From: Burkholderiales bacterium
Lineage (GTDB): Bacteria > Pseudomonadota > Gammaproteobacteria > Burkholderiales > SG8-39
Assembly: GCA_035454645.1 (NCBI GenBank)
Contig: DATIGR010000261.1
Span: forward strand, 1 to 51,037
Length of the DNA: 51,037 nt
Reading direction: 5' to 3'
Below the pieces are notes generated by a model. That model saw only the letters and a list, made by a program, of their open reading frames with translations, ran no database searches and was not told the DNA's origin. Numbering within the stretch: position 1 is the stretch's first letter; every line of letters begins with the position of its first letter. Below, piece by piece: positions 36,856-47,435 of this stretch. The position numbers were made by a program, and so were the translations under genes.

Positions 36856-37390
36856 TTCCTCGCCCCAGTCGCACAAGGCACAGGTCCTTCAGCGCTACAT
36901 GGCCGGACTCGGCCTTGCCCGGGAATACGCCTGTCCCGCCTTGCCGCCGCGGGCCCGCGATGTGATCGAAGCCATCGAACCGTTGATTCCCACGAAACCC
37001 TGCTTCGTCGGCTCCTCGCTGGGAGGCTATTACGCGACCTACCTGGCCGAGAAGCACCGGCTCAAGGCGGTGCTCATCAACCCAGCGATCGACCCGCACG
37101 TCGGCCTGCGCGCCTACCTCGGGCCGCAGAAGAACCTGCACACCGGGGAGCCCTATGAGCTCACCGAAGCGCATCTTCGCGACTGGGAGGCGCTTTACGT
37201 GCCACGCATTACCCCTGGCCGCTACCTGCTCATCGTGGAAACCGGCGACGAAGTGCTCGACTGCCGCCGGGCGGTCGAGCGCTACGCGGGAGCCGAGCAG
37301 GTCGTGATCCCCGGCGGGGATCACAGCCTGCAGAGCTTTCCGCGACATCTGGCGCGCATACTCGAGTTTTCGCGTGCACCTTCTTTATGA
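36830..37390 (+). CDS. yqiA: YqiA/YcfP-family alpha/beta-hydrolase (esterase)
   Basis: 186 aa. MIVYLHGFNSSPQSHKA and the nucleophile elbow GSSLGG. Confidence 0.85.
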   Translation: MIVYLHGFNSSPQSHKAQVLQRYMAGLGLAREYACPALPPRARDVIEAIEPLIPTKPCFVGSSLGGYYATYLAEKHRLKAVLINPAIDPHVGLRAYLGPQKNLHTGEPYELTEAHLRDWEALYVPRITPGRYLLIVETGDEVLDCRRAVERYAGAEQVVIPGGDHSLQSFPRHLARILEFSRAPSL

Positions 37391-39245
37391 GGAAAACGGC
37401 GAGCTGAAGGCCGGCACCGTGCTCGAGCGCTCGCCGGCGTCGTTCCACGTCGAGAGCCCGCACGGCCGCCGCTCGAAGGTCAAGGCCGCCAGCGTGCTGC
37501 TTTCGTTCGAGCGGCCGACGCCCGCCGAGCTGCTCGGCGAGGCCGAAAGCTTCTCCCAGGGGTTGGAGACCCATTTCCTGTGGGAATGCAGCGGCGCGCG
37601 CGAGTTCGGTTTCGAGGAGCTTGCGCGCGAGTACGTCGGCCGCGAGCCCACGCCCGCCGAGGCGGCGGGCGTATTGATGAAGCTGCATTCGGCGCCGATG
37701 TATTTCTACCGGCGGGGCAGGGGGCGATTCCAGGCCGCTCCCGAGGCGACGCTCAAGCTGGCGCTCGCCGCGGTGGAGAAGAAGAAGCGCGTGCAAGAGC
37801 AGGTCACCGCATGGGCGGAGAAGCTGGCGGGCGGAGAGTGTCCAGCCGAGGTGGCTGAGCTCAAGGACGAGCTTCTTTACGCGCCCGATCGCAACAAGCC
37901 GCAAACCCGGGCGCTGGAGCAGGCGTGCGCCAAGACCGGTCTTTCGCCGGCGCGGCTGTTCGAGCGCTGCGGCCTCCTTCCCGACAGCCACGACTACCAT
38001 TTGAAGCGCTTCCTGCATGAATTCTTTCCGCGCGGCACGGCCTTTCCGCCGCACGAAGTACCGCGGCCGGGCGAAGACTTGCCGCGCGCGGCCCTCGAGG
38101 CGTTCAGCCTGGACGACGTCGGCACCACGGAGATCGACGACGCGTTCTCGGTGCAGCCCGTGGCGGGCGGCTGGCGCCTCGGCATCCATATTGCTGCCCC
38201 GGCGCTCGGCTTCGCTCCGGGCTCAGCCCTGGACGCGATCGCGCGCGAGCGGCTTTCCACCGCCTACATGCCGGGACGCAAGTTCACCATGCTCCCGCAG
38301 GACGTGATCGAGGCGTTCTCGCTCGATCATGGCGGCGAGCTTCCCGCGGTGTCGCTCTACGTAGAGCTCGACGAGAACTACGCCGTGCGCGGCCGCCACA
38401 CGCGCCTGGAGCGCGTGCCGATCGTCGCCAACCTGCGGCACGTCGAGTACGACAGACTCAACGAGGCGTTTGAAGGCAAGGAATCCCGCGGGCTTGCCTT
38501 CGAAGAAGAGCTGAAAACGCTATGGCGGGCGGCGGCTGCGCTGGAGGCGCGCCGCGGACGGCCGAGCGCCGGCGCCGCGGCGCTCGACTACAACTTCCAT
38601 GTGGAGAACGAGCGCGTGCGCATCGTGCCGCGCAAGCGCGGCGCGCCGCTCGACAAGCTGGTCGCCGAAATGATGATCCTGGTCAACACGGCCTGGGGGG
38701 AATTTCTCGCCGAGCGCGACGTAGCCGCCATCTATCGGGTGCAATCGACCGGCAAAGTGCGCTTCGGCGTGCATCCGGAGCCGCACGAGGGCCTCGGCGT
38801 CGCGTGCTACGCCTGGATGAGCTCGCCGCTGCGCCGCTACGTCGATCTCGTGAACCAGTGGCAGCTCGCGGCCGCGCTCTGCGGCCGCAAGGCCCCTTTT
38901 GCGCGCAACTCCGATACGCTGCTCGCGGCGCTGCGCGCCTTCGAGGTCACGGCGGCGCGCTATGACGAGCACCAGCGCGCAATGGAGACTTACTGGAGCC
39001 TGCGCTGGATCCTGCAGGAGAAGCTCGGCCGCCTCGAAGCCGTGGTGCTGCGCGAAAATCTGGTCCGCGTCCAGGGACTGCCGCTCCTCGCGCGGGTCAC
39101 CGCGGCGCCGACGCTCGACCCTGGCACGCTCGTGCGCATGGAAGTCGCCGGGGTCGATCTGCTCGAGCGCACGCTCGCCTGCGCCTACCGGGAAACGCTC
39201 GGCAGGGTGGAGGATGCAACTGGGGAGTCTGGTCAGAAAGCCTAG
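37374..39245 (+). CDS. RNB-domain exoribonuclease (RNase II family)
   Basis: 623 aa. RNB catalytic motif TTEIDDAFSV, plus SSPLRRYVDLVNQWQL. Confidence 0.85.
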   Translation: MHLLYEENGELKAGTVLERSPASFHVESPHGRRSKVKAASVLLSFERPTPAELLGEAESFSQGLETHFLWECSGAREFGFEELAREYVGREPTPAEAAGVLMKLHSAPMYFYRRGRGRFQAAPEATLKLALAAVEKKKRVQEQVTAWAEKLAGGECPAEVAELKDELLYAPDRNKPQTRALEQACAKTGLSPARLFERCGLLPDSHDYHLKRFLHEFFPRGTAFPPHEVPRPGEDLPRAALEAFSLDDVGTTEIDDAFSVQPVAGGWRLGIHIAAPALGFAPGSALDAIARERLSTAYMPGRKFTMLPQDVIEAFSLDHGGELPAVSLYVELDENYAVRGRHTRLERVPIVANLRHVEYDRLNEAFEGKESRGLAFEEELKTLWRAAAALEARRGRPSAGAAALDYNFHVENERVRIVPRKRGAPLDKLVAEMMILVNTAWGEFLAERDVAAIYRVQSTGKVRFGVHPEPHEGLGVACYAWMSSPLRRYVDLVNQWQLAAALCGRKAPFARNSDTLLAALRAFEVTAARYDEHQRAMETYWSLRWILQEKLGRLEAVVLRENLVRVQGLPLLARVTAAPTLDPGTLVRMEVAGVDLLERTLACAYRETLGRVEDATGESGQKA

Positions 39246-39270
39246 AATATGAAAGGCTTGTCGGATTGAC

Positions 39271-40146
39271 GTGAGAATGCACTTGATATTGCCGAGGCAG
39301 GACCGGCTGCTTGGCGCAGCGCTCGGGCTGTCGCTCGCGCTTCATGCGGCGGCGCTCTCGGTGCATTTCAAGTTCCCGCAGGGACTGCGCTGGAAGCCGG
39401 AGAGCGCGTCGCTCGAGGTGGTGCTGGTCAACGCGAAGAGCAAGGAGCGCCCGGCCAAATCCGAGGTGCTCGCGCAGGCGAATCTCGACCGCGGCGGCAC
39501 CGTGGAGGAGAAGCGGCGAGCGAAGACGCCGCTCCCCGTGACCGAGCCGCGCAAGCCGGGCAAGGACCTCGCGGACGCGCAGCGCCGCCAGCGCAGCCTC
39601 GAGGCGCGCCAGCAGGAGCTGCTCGCGCAGGCGCGCGCGGCCCGCAGCGCTGTGCCCGTCGCCCCGCCGCGCGAGCAGGGGGTCGAAGAGACCGGCGTGC
39701 AGCCGAGCGGCCGCGACCTCGCCGACCTCGCGCTCGCCGCGATGCGCCTGCAGGCGCAGATCGACCGGCAGATCGAGCAGTACCAGAAGCGGCCGCGCAA
39801 GCAGTTCATCGGCGCGAACGCGGCCGAGTACCGCTTCGCGCAGTACGAGGAGGACTGGCGAGTCAAGATCGAGCGCGTGGGGACGCTCAACTACCCGGCC
39901 GAGGCGCGCGGCAGGCTTTATGGCAACCTGCGGCTCACGGTCACCATCCGCCCCGACGGCAGCGTGGAGTCGATCGAGCTCGACCGCTCCTCCGGCCTCA
40001 AGGTGCTCGACGCGGCGGCGTTCAAGATCGTGCGCATGGCGACGCCGTTCGCGGCTTTTCCGCCCGATATCCGCCGCGACACCGACCTCTTGGTCATCAC
40101 CCGAACTTGGTTCTTCGGCCAGGGCGACAAGATCTGGACTGAATAA
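39271..40146 (+). CDS. TonB C-terminal-domain protein (energy transducer TonB family)
   Basis: 291 aa. N-terminal anchor LLGAALGLSLALHAAAL, a charged coiled-coil linker, and a TonB_C-like end YPAEARGRLYGNLRLTVTIRPDGSVESIEL..SSG...LD.AA. An alternative start at ATG 39277 is possible. Confidence 0.75.
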   Translation: MRMHLILPRQDRLLGAALGLSLALHAAALSVHFKFPQGLRWKPESASLEVVLVNAKSKERPAKSEVLAQANLDRGGTVEEKRRAKTPLPVTEPRKPGKDLADAQRRQRSLEARQQELLAQARAARSAVPVAPPREQGVEETGVQPSGRDLADLALAAMRLQAQIDRQIEQYQKRPRKQFIGANAAEYRFAQYEEDWRVKIERVGTLNYPAEARGRLYGNLRLTVTIRPDGSVESIELDRSSGLKVLDAAAFKIVRMATPFAAFPPDIRRDTDLLVITRTWFFGQGDKIWTE

Positions 40147-40149
40147 TCC

Positions 40150-40944
40150 ATGAGCGACCAGTACGCGCTCATCGGCAACCCGGTCGCGCATTCCAAATCC
40201 CCGGCAATCCACACGGAGTTCGCGCGCGCCACGGGCGAGGACATCGAATACGGTCGCATCGAGGCGCCGCTCGACGCCTTTGCGCGCGAGGTCGAGCGCT
40301 TCCGCGCCGCCGGCGGCAAGGGGCTCAACATCACGCTGCCGTTCAAGCACGAGGCCTACCCGCTCTGTGCCCGCGTCAGCGAGCGCGCGCGGCGGGCGCA
40401 GGCGGTGAATACGATGCGCTTTGCCGATTCCTTCGGCGACAACACCGACGGCATCGGACTGGTCCGCGACCTGGTGCAGAATCTCGACTACGACTTGAAG
40501 AAGCGAAGCGTCCTTCTCCTGGGTGCAGGCGGAGCGGCACAAGGCGTGGTCGGCGCCCTGCTCGAGGCGGGGGCGGCTCGGCTCGCCGTGGCGAACCGCA
40601 CCTTGCCCAGGGCCCAGGCGCTCGCCGGGCGCTTCCCGGGCGTTTCAGCCTGCGGCTACGAGGCGCTGGCCGGCGAGCGCTTCGACCTCGTGATCAACGC
40701 CACCTCGGCCGGCCTGACGGGGGCGGCGCCGCCGCTGCCGCAGGGCGTGCTGCGCGAGTCGGTTCTCGCTTACGACATGGTGTACGGGCGCGACACGCCG
40801 TTCCTCGCGGCGGCGCGCACGGCGGGGGCGCGCGCGTGCGACGGGTTCGGCATGCTGGTCGAGCAGGCGGCGGAATCGTTCTTCATCTGGCGCGGCGTGC
40901 GTCCGGCGACGCGCCCGGTGCTCGCGAAGCTGCGTGGCTCGTAG
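40150..40944 (+). CDS. aroE: Shikimate dehydrogenase
   Basis: 264 aa. GNPVAHSKSPAIH, GLNITLPFK, NTDGIG and GAGGAA. Confidence 0.93.
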   Translation: MSDQYALIGNPVAHSKSPAIHTEFARATGEDIEYGRIEAPLDAFAREVERFRAAGGKGLNITLPFKHEAYPLCARVSERARRAQAVNTMRFADSFGDNTDGIGLVRDLVQNLDYDLKKRSVLLLGAGGAAQGVVGALLEAGAARLAVANRTLPRAQALAGRFPGVSACGYEALAGERFDLVINATSAGLTGAAPPLPQGVLRESVLAYDMVYGRDTPFLAAARTAGARACDGFGMLVEQAAESFFIWRGVRPATRPVLAKLRGS

Positions 40945-41638
40945 GCGCCTTCGCGTCCTGGTGCTCGCGTGGAAGGCGTTCTGCTACGCGCTCGGTATGC
41001 TCGTCGTCGCGACCGTGGCGATCCAGCTCTGGTTTTTCGGGCACCTCGCGTACTGGTCGCGCGTCAATCCGTCGTCGACCGCGTTCATGGAGCGCCACCT
41101 GGAAAAGCCGGGCGCGCGGCTGCGCCACACGTGGGTCCCGTATGGACGCATCTCGGAGCAGCTGAAGCGGGCCGTAGTGGCCGCCGAGGACGCGAAGTTC
41201 CTCGACCACGAGGGATTCGACTGGGAGGCGATCGGGGAAGCCATGCGCAAGAATGAAAAGCGCGGCAAGGTGGTCGCCGGCGCCTCGACCATCAGCCAGC
41301 AGCTCGCGAAGAACCTGTTTCTCTCAGGCCACCGCTCGTGGCTGCGCAAGGCGCAGGAAGCGGCGATCACCTGGATGATGGAGCGAACGCTCTCCAAGCG
41401 CCGCATCCTCGAGATCTACCTGAACGTCGCGGAGTGGGGCGAGGGCATCTTCGGCGCCGAGGCCGCGGCGCGCCACCATTTCGGCGTGCCGGCGGCGGCG
41501 CTCAGCGCGGAGCAGGCCGCGTGGCTCGCGGCGATCCTGCCGAGCCCCAAGCGCTACGACCGCGGCCGCGAAACCCCCTATATCGCCGGGCGCATGGCGA
41601 CGATCTCGGCGCGCATGGCGGCCGCGCAAATACCGTGA
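40934..41638 (+). CDS. mtgA: Monofunctional biosynthetic peptidoglycan transglycosylase
   Basis: 234 aa. GT51 motifs AAEDAKFLDHEGFD, GASTISQQLAKNLFL and RILEIYLNVAEWGEGIFG. Confidence 0.92.
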   Translation: MARRRLRVLVLAWKAFCYALGMLVVATVAIQLWFFGHLAYWSRVNPSSTAFMERHLEKPGARLRHTWVPYGRISEQLKRAVVAAEDAKFLDHEGFDWEAIGEAMRKNEKRGKVVAGASTISQQLAKNLFLSGHRSWLRKAQEAAITWMMERTLSKRRILEIYLNVAEWGEGIFGAEAAARHHFGVPAAALSAEQAAWLAAILPSPKRYDRGRETPYIAGRMATISARMAAAQIP

Positions 41639-41645
41639 CGCATTC

Positions 41646-43091
41646 TTGGTGAACGACGCGCCGACCCGGCTCGAGGTCGAGGACCTGCACCGCAACCTGC
41701 ACGAGGTGCAGGAGCTGCTCGCGAAGCAGAAGGTGGTCGAGAGCCTGGTCGAGCGCCAGGAGATGCCGAAGCACGATCTGGTCGAGAAGCTGGTGCACAA
41801 GCAGCACCTCGCCGAGCTGCGCGGCAAGCTCGAGCGGCTGCACGCCGCCGACATCGCCTACATCCTCGAGGCGCTGCCGCTCGAGGAGCGGCTCGCCGCG
41901 TGGGATCTGGTGAAGGCCGACCGCGACGGCGAGATCCTGCTCGAGGTCTCCGATGCGGTGCGCGAATCGCTCATCGAGGCGATGGAGCCGCGCGAGCTGG
42001 TCGCCGCCGCCGAGACGCTCGAGGCCGACGAGCTCGCCGACATCGCGCCCGACCTGCCGCAAAGCGTCATGGCGGAGGTGGTCCAGGCGCTCCCCGCCGA
42101 GGAGCGCGAGCGCCTGCGCGCCGCGCTGTCCTTTCCCGAGGGCACGGTCGGCGCGCTCATGGACTTCGAGCACATCGCGGTGCGCGAGGACGTCACCCTC
42201 GAGGCGGTCACGCGCTACCTGCGCCGGCTCGACGAGCTGCCCGATCACACCGACCAGCTGTTCGTGGTCGACCGCGACCAGGCGCTGAAAGGCACGCTGC
42301 CGCTCGCGCGCCTGATCGTCTCCGACCTCGAGCGCGAGGTGCGACAGGTCGTGGTCGCGGAAAGCGTCAAGCTCTACGCGCACGACCGCGCCGAGGACGC
42401 GGCGGGGGCGTTTGAGCGCTACGACCTGGTTTCGGCGCCGGTGGTCGATGCGGCCGAGCGCTTGATCGGCAGGCTGACGGTGGACGCGGTGGTCGACTAC
42501 ATCCGCGAGAAGAGCGCGGAGTCGCAGCTCGCCGAGGCCGGCCTGCGGCAGGAGGAGGACGTCTTCGCCCCGGTGCTCGACAGCTTCAAGAACCGCTGGG
42601 CGTGGCTCGCGGTCAACCTGGTCACCGCGTTCATCGCCTCGCGCGTGATCGGCGCGTTCGAGGATTCGATCGCGGAGCTCGTGGCGCTGGCGGCGCTCAT
42701 GCCGATCGTCGCGGGCATCGGCGGCAATTCGGGCAACCAGACGAGCACCATGATCGTGCGCGCGCTCGCGCTGGGCGAGATCCAGGGCGCGTACTGGAGG
42801 AAGCTGCTGGGGAAGGAAACCGGCGTCGCGCTGCTGAACGGCGCGGTGTGGGGCACGCTCCTCGGCGCGATCGCCTACGCGTTCTACGGCAACGTCGCGC
42901 TGGGCGGCGTGCTCGCGCTCGCCATGATGCTCAACCTGCTGCTCGCAGCGCTCGTGGGCGTGGCGATCCCCTGGCTGCGCGCGCGCTTCGGGCGCGACCC
43001 GGCCGCCGGCTCATCGGTGCTGATTACCGCCTGCACCGATTCGGGCGGCTTCTTCATTTTCCTTGGCCTGGCCACGATCTTCCTTGTTTGA
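41646..43091 (+). CDS. mgtE: Magnesium transporter MgtE
   Basis: 481 aa. N-domain with LHAADIAYILEALP, a CBS pair, and the TM domain PIVAGIGGNSGNQTSTMIVRAL. Confidence 0.92.
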   Translation: MVNDAPTRLEVEDLHRNLHEVQELLAKQKVVESLVERQEMPKHDLVEKLVHKQHLAELRGKLERLHAADIAYILEALPLEERLAAWDLVKADRDGEILLEVSDAVRESLIEAMEPRELVAAAETLEADELADIAPDLPQSVMAEVVQALPAEERERLRAALSFPEGTVGALMDFEHIAVREDVTLEAVTRYLRRLDELPDHTDQLFVVDRDQALKGTLPLARLIVSDLEREVRQVVVAESVKLYAHDRAEDAAGAFERYDLVSAPVVDAAERLIGRLTVDAVVDYIREKSAESQLAEAGLRQEEDVFAPVLDSFKNRWAWLAVNLVTAFIASRVIGAFEDSIAELVALAALMPIVAGIGGNSGNQTSTMIVRALALGEIQGAYWRKLLGKETGVALLNGAVWGTLLGAIAYAFYGNVALGGVLALAMMLNLLLAALVGVAIPWLRARFGRDPAAGSSVLITACTDSGGFFIFLGLATIFLV

Positions 43092-43107
43092 GCGCGTAGT
43101 CGTTGTG

Positions 43108-44388
43108 TTAGGAAACCTTCGCGAATGCCGCCCGCGCGGCCGCGAGCGTGGCTTCGATCTCGGCTGTGCCGTGCGCCGCGGACACGAATCCTGCCTCATA
43201 CGCCGACGGCGCAAGGTACACGCCGCGTGCGAGCATCTCGTGAAAGAAGCGGTTGAAGCGGCTGCGGTCGCATTGCATGACCTCGGCGAAGCTCGCCGGC
43301 GGCGCGGCGCGGAAGTAGACGCCGAACATGCTGCCGATCGATTGCGCGGAGAAGGCGACGCCGGCTTTTCTTGCTTCCTCCGAAAGTCCGCGTGCGAGCT
43401 CGGTTGTGGTGCGCTCGACTTTCTCGTGGAAACCCGCAGCGGTAACCAGCTTCACCGTCGCCAGGCCCGCGGCCACGGCAATCGGGTTGCCCGAAAGCGT
43501 CCCCGCCTGATAGACCGGCCCGAGCGGGGCGATTTTCTCCATCATGTCGCGCCGGCCGCCGAGCGCGGCGAGCGGCAGCCCGCCGCCGATCACCTTGCCG
43601 AGCGTGGTGAGGTCCGGGCGGATGCCGAAGCGCTGTTGCGCGCCACCGGGCGCGACGCGAAAGCCCGTCATCACTTCGTCGAAGATCAGCACCGCGCCAT
43701 GGCGCGTGCACTCCTCGCGCAGCGTCTCGAGGAACCCCGGCGCCGGCATGACGAGATTCATGTTTCCGGCGACCGGCTCGACGATCACCCCGGCGATGTC
43801 TTTGCCTTTTTCGGAAAAGAGCCTTTTGACCGGGTCGATGCTGTTGTAGTCGAGCACCACGGTCGCGGCGGCAACCTCGGCGGGAACGCCGGCCGAGCTT
43901 GGATTGCCGAAGGTGAGGGCGCCCGAGCCCGCCTTGACGAGAAGCGCGTCGGCATGGCCGTGATAGCAGCCCTCGAACTTCACGATCAGGTCGCGCCCGG
44001 TGAAGCCGCGCGCGAGCCTGAGCGCGGTCATGGTCGCCTCGGTGCCCGACGAGACCAGCCGCATGAGCTCGAGCGAGGGAAGCTCGCGGCAAAGGAGCTC
44101 GGCGAGCTCGATCTCGGCCTCGGTCGGCGCGCCGAACGAGAGCGCCCGCGAGGCCGCTTCCTGCACCGCCTCGACCACCGCGGGATGCCCGTGGCCGGCG
44201 AGCATCGGCCCCCAGGAGCCGACATAGTCGATGTAGCGCCCGCCGTCGGCGTCCCATAAATAGGCGCCGGAAGCGCGCTCGAAGAACAGCGGCGTGCCGC
44301 CGACTGCGCGGAACGCGCGCACCGGCGAGTTGACGCCGCCGGGGATGCGCGCCTGGGCGCGTACGAAGAGGTCCTGGCTTTTTGTCAT
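43108..44388 (-). CDS. hemL: Glutamate-1-semialdehyde 2,1-aminomutase
   Basis: 426 aa from ATG 44388. [26 protein letters not shown], then [15 protein letters not shown]-type sequence and the PLP-lysine region [11 protein letters not shown]. The track extension to 44526 overlaps thiE. Confidence 0.95.
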   Translation of the reverse strand: MTKSQDLFVRAQARIPGGVNSPVRAFRAVGGTPLFFERASGAYLWDADGGRYIDYVGSWGPMLAGHGHPAVVEAVQEAASRALSFGAPTEAEIELAELLCRELPSLELMRLVSSGTEATMTALRLARGFTGRDLIVKFEGCYHGHADALLVKAGSGALTFGNPSSAGVPAEVAAATVVLDYNSIDPVKRLFSEKGKDIAGVIVEPVAGNMNLVMPAPGFLETLREECTRHGAVLIFDEVMTGFRVAPGGAQQRFGIRPDLTTLGKVIGGGLPLAALGGRRDMMEKIAPLGPVYQAGTLSGNPIAVAAGLATVKLVTAAGFHEKVERTTTELARGLSEEARKAGVAFSAQSIGSMFGVYFRAAPPASFAEVMQCDRSRFNRFFHEMLARGVYLAPSAYEAGFVSAAHGTAEIEATLAAARAAFAKVS

Positions 44389-44984
44389 GAGAAGAGCCTG
44401 AGGTATTGACCGGCGCGCGCGCCGATGTCGGGCGCGTCGAAGAGGTCGGTGATGACGGCGAGCAGGCTCGCCCCGGCCGCGATCAGCGCCGGCGCGTTCT
44501 CGAGCGTGATGCCGCCGATCGCGCAAAGCGGCACGCCGAGGTCGTGGCCGAAGAGGGGAAGCGGCGCGCGCCGGGCGCCGGGTTTCGTCGGCGAGGGGAA
44601 CACGCTGCCGAAGGCGACGTTGTCGGCGCCCGCGCGCACCGCGGCGCGGGCGTTCTCCAGGCTGTCGTAGCAGGAAACGCCGAGGATCTTTCCCGCGAGC
44701 CGGGCGCGCGCGGCGGCAAGCTCGCCGTCGTCCTTGCCGAGGTGCGCGCCGTTCGCGGCCACCGCGAGCGCGATGTCGACGTCGTCGTTCACGATGAGCG
44801 GTACGCCGTAGCCGCGCGCGAGCACCGCGAGCTCCTTCGCCTGCAGCAGGCGCTTGTCCTTCGAGATCGACTTGTTCCGGTACTGCAGCATCGCCACTCC
44901 CGCCTTAAGCACCTGCTCGACCTTGCGAAGCAGCTCGTCGGTGTCGGCCGTGTCGGGAGTGATCGGATAGAGCCCGCGCATCAT
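44385..44984 (-). CDS. thiE: Thiamine-phosphate synthase
   Basis: 199 aa from ATG 44984, which forms an ATGA overlap with the thiD stop. [26 protein letters not shown] and GVHLG-like GAHLGKDD. Confidence 0.9.
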   Translation of the reverse strand: MMRGLYPITPDTADTDELLRKVEQVLKAGVAMLQYRNKSISKDKRLLQAKELAVLARGYGVPLIVNDDVDIALAVAANGAHLGKDDGELAAARARLAGKILGVSCYDSLENARAAVRAGADNVAFGSVFPSPTKPGARRAPLPLFGHDLGVPLCAIGGITLENAPALIAAGASLLAVITDLFDAPDIGARAGQYLRLFS

Positions 44985-45730
44985 GGCAGGAAGAACCGGT
45001 TGGGCAGCGCCTGGCCGGCGCCGCTGCGGAATCCCGCGGCGAGCGCGCGCCAGGTGAACTCCTGCGCCTCGCGCACCGCCTCCGGGACGGCGCGGCCCTT
45101 CGCGAGCTGCGCGGCGATCGCCGAGGCGAGGGTGCAGCCCGAGCCGTGGTAGCTGTCCTCGAGCCGCCGCCACCGATCCTCGCGCACCAGGCCGCTCGCA
45201 TCATAGAGCTTGTTGCTGACTTCCGCGCTCGGCTCGTGCGTTCCGGTGACGAGCACATAGCGGCAGCCGCGCTCGAGGAGGCGCCTCGCGCCGCCGAGGC
45301 GCTCGACCTCGAGCGTGTTCGGCGTGACCACGGTGGCGCGTGGCACGAGCCATTCCAGCAAGGCTGCCGCGACCGCGGCGCTCGCCAATTCGTCGCCGCG
45401 GCCGGAGGCGAGCACGGGGTCGAGCACGAGCGGCACGCCGCCGTGCGCCGCGACGATCCCGGCAACCGCGCGCACGTTGTCGGCGGACGCGAGCACGCCG
45501 ATCTTGAACGCCGCGACCTTGCTCTCGGCCAGCACGCGGCGCGCCTGGCGCGCGACGAGCGCGGCGTCGATCGCCTCGAGATGCTCGACGCCGCTCGTGT
45601 CCTGCACCGTGACGCCGGTCAGCACCGAGAGCGGGTGGCAGCCGAGAGCGGCGAGCGTGAGCAGATCGGCCTGCATCCCCGCGCCGCCGGTCGGATCGGA
45701 CGCCGCGAACGTCAGGACTATCGGGGGCAT
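44981..45730 (-). CDS. thiD: Hydroxymethylpyrimidine/phosphomethylpyrimidine kinase
   Basis: 249 aa. VLTFAASDPTGGAGMQADL and GSGCTLASAIAA. Confidence 0.93.
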   Translation of the reverse strand: MPPIVLTFAASDPTGGAGMQADLLTLAALGCHPLSVLTGVTVQDTSGVEHLEAIDAALVARQARRVLAESKVAAFKIGVLASADNVRAVAGIVAAHGGVPLVLDPVLASGRGDELASAAVAAALLEWLVPRATVVTPNTLEVERLGGARRLLERGCRYVLVTGTHEPSAEVSNKLYDASGLVREDRWRRLEDSYHGSGCTLASAIAAQLAKGRAVPEAVREAQEFTWRALAAGFRSGAGQALPNRFFLP

Positions 45731-45753
45731 GGGTTAATATCCGGCTCGATTTT

Positions 45754-45942
45754 ATGAGCACCGAGAGCCAAGTGCAGTTCAAAACGTGGATGTGCCTCAT
45801 CTGCGGCTTCGTGTACGACGAGTCGGCGGGATTGCCCGACGAGGGCATCGCGCCGGGCACGCGCTGGGAAGACGTGCCGATGAACTGGACCTGTCCGGAG
45901 TGCGGCGCGCGCAAGGAAGACTTCGAGATGGTCGAGCTCTGA
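45754..45942 (+). CDS. Rubredoxin
   Basis: Two CxxCG knuckles (CLICGFVYDE and CPECGARKEDFEMVEL) plus GTRWEDVP. Starting at ATG 45754 gives 62 aa. GTG 45772 would give a more typical 56 aa. Confidence 0.93.
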   Translation: MSTESQVQFKTWMCLICGFVYDESAGLPDEGIAPGTRWEDVPMNWTCPECGARKEDFEMVEL

Positions 45943-46003
45943 GGCCAAACTTTCGGCCCGGGCGGCCCTCTAAGCCCTTTGACAGTAAAATAAGGGCGGG
46001 CGG

Positions 46004-46564
46004 ATGTCCTCGATCAACCTGACGCATCACTTCCTGATCGCCATGCCCAGCATGGGCGATCCGTATTTCGCGAAGACGCTCACCTATATCTGCGAGCACA
46101 ACGACCAGGGCGCGCTCGGCCTGGTCGTGAACCGGCCGATCGACATGACGCTGCAGGCGCTGTTCGAGCGCCTTTCGCTCACGCTGCGCGACGCCCAGCG
46201 CAGGGACGCGCCGATCTACTTCGGCGGCCCGGTGCAGACCGACCGCGGGTTCGTGCTGCATGCGCCGGCGGGCAACTGGCAATCGACGCTGCGCGTGCGC
46301 GACGCGATCGGGCTCACCACGTCGAAGGACATCCTCGAGGCGGTCGGGCGCGGCGAGGGCCCGGCGCGCATGCTGGTGACCCTCGGCTACGCCGGCTGGT
46401 CGCCCGGCCAGATCGAGCACGAGCTGTCGCAGAACGCCTGGCTCACCGTGGAAGCGCGCGACGCGATCATCTTCGACACCCCGGCGGAAGAGCGCCTGCC
46501 GGCGGCGATGGAACTCCTCGGCCTCGACTACGCGAGGCTGCAGGACGCGGCGGGACATGCCTGA
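46004..46564 (+). CDS. yqgE: YqgE/AlgH-family protein (UPF0301)
   Basis: 186 aa. [40 protein letters not shown] is characteristic of the family. Confidence 0.9.
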   Translation: MSSINLTHHFLIAMPSMGDPYFAKTLTYICEHNDQGALGLVVNRPIDMTLQALFERLSLTLRDAQRRDAPIYFGGPVQTDRGFVLHAPAGNWQSTLRVRDAIGLTTSKDILEAVGRGEGPARMLVTLGYAGWSPGQIEHELSQNAWLTVEARDAIIFDTPAEERLPAAMELLGLDYARLQDAAGHA

Positions 46565-46943
46565 ACGAGGCACGGTCCTCGCTTTCGACTTCGGCTCAAA
46601 GCGTATTGGCGTGGCGGTAGGGGAGCACGAGCTCGGCACCGCTCATCCGCTGCCCGCGGTTTCTGACTTCTCCCAGATTCAAAGACTGGTGGAGCAGTGG
46701 AAGCCGGCCAGCCTGGTCGTCGGCCTGCCCACTTCCGCGAAAGGCGAGCCCCACAAGATGACGCGCCAGGCGGAGGATTTCGCCCGGCGCCTCGAGCGTC
46801 GCTTCAAGCTGCCGGTGGCACGGGTGGACGAGCGCTATACCTCGGTCGAAGCGGAGCACAAGCTGCGTGGAGTGAAGAACAAGGCGGTGGACTCGGTGGC
46901 GGCGCAGCTCATCCTGGAGCAGTACTTTGACCAGGCTGCCTGA
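46557..46943 (+). CDS. ruvX: Holliday-junction-resolvase-like nuclease RuvX (YqgF)
   Basis: 128 aa. [16 protein letters not shown] and [10 protein letters not shown]. Confidence 0.92.
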   Translation: MPERGTVLAFDFGSKRIGVAVGEHELGTAHPLPAVSDFSQIQRLVEQWKPASLVVGLPTSAKGEPHKMTRQAEDFARRLERRFKLPVARVDERYTSVEAEHKLRGVKNKAVDSVAAQLILEQYFDQAA

Positions 46944-47427
46944 CGCGGAAAGGCTCTGCGAGCAGCTCGCGGCCGAGCTTCGGCCGCGCATCGGGCCGAA
47001 GACGGCGATGGTCGGCATTTATACCGGCGGCGCGTGGCTCGCCGAGCGGCTGCACGGAATGCTGCAGATGAAGAGCCCGCTCGGCCTGATGGACATCGCG
47101 TTCTACCGGGACGACTACGCGGCGCGCGGCCTCAAGCACGACCCCAAGCGCACCAAGATTCCCTTCGACGTCAACGGCTGCGAGCTGCTGCTGGTCGACG
47201 ACGTGCTCTACAGCGGGCGCACGGTGCGCGCCGCGATGAACGAGCTGTTCGACTACGGCCGGCCCGAGAGCATCGCGCTCGTCGTGCTCGCCGACCGCGG
47301 CGGCCGCCAGCTGCCGATCTGCGCGCAGCACGTCGGCGCGCGGGTCGACGTGCCCGCCGGGATGCGCCTCACCCTCACGCGCGAGGAGAGCGGAAAGCTC
47401 GCGCTCGCCCTGGAACCCCAGCGATAG
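46927..47427 (+). CDS. pyrR: Bifunctional pyr operon regulator / uracil phosphoribosyltransferase PyrR
   Basis: 166 aa. PRPP-binding motif [17 protein letters not shown]. Confidence 0.9.
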   Translation: MTRLPDAERLCEQLAAELRPRIGPKTAMVGIYTGGAWLAERLHGMLQMKSPLGLMDIAFYRDDYAARGLKHDPKRTKIPFDVNGCELLLVDDVLYSGRTVRAAMNELFDYGRPESIALVVLADRGGRQLPICAQHVGARVDVPAGMRLTLTREESGKLALALEPQR

Positions 47428-47435
47428 CTCGGAAC

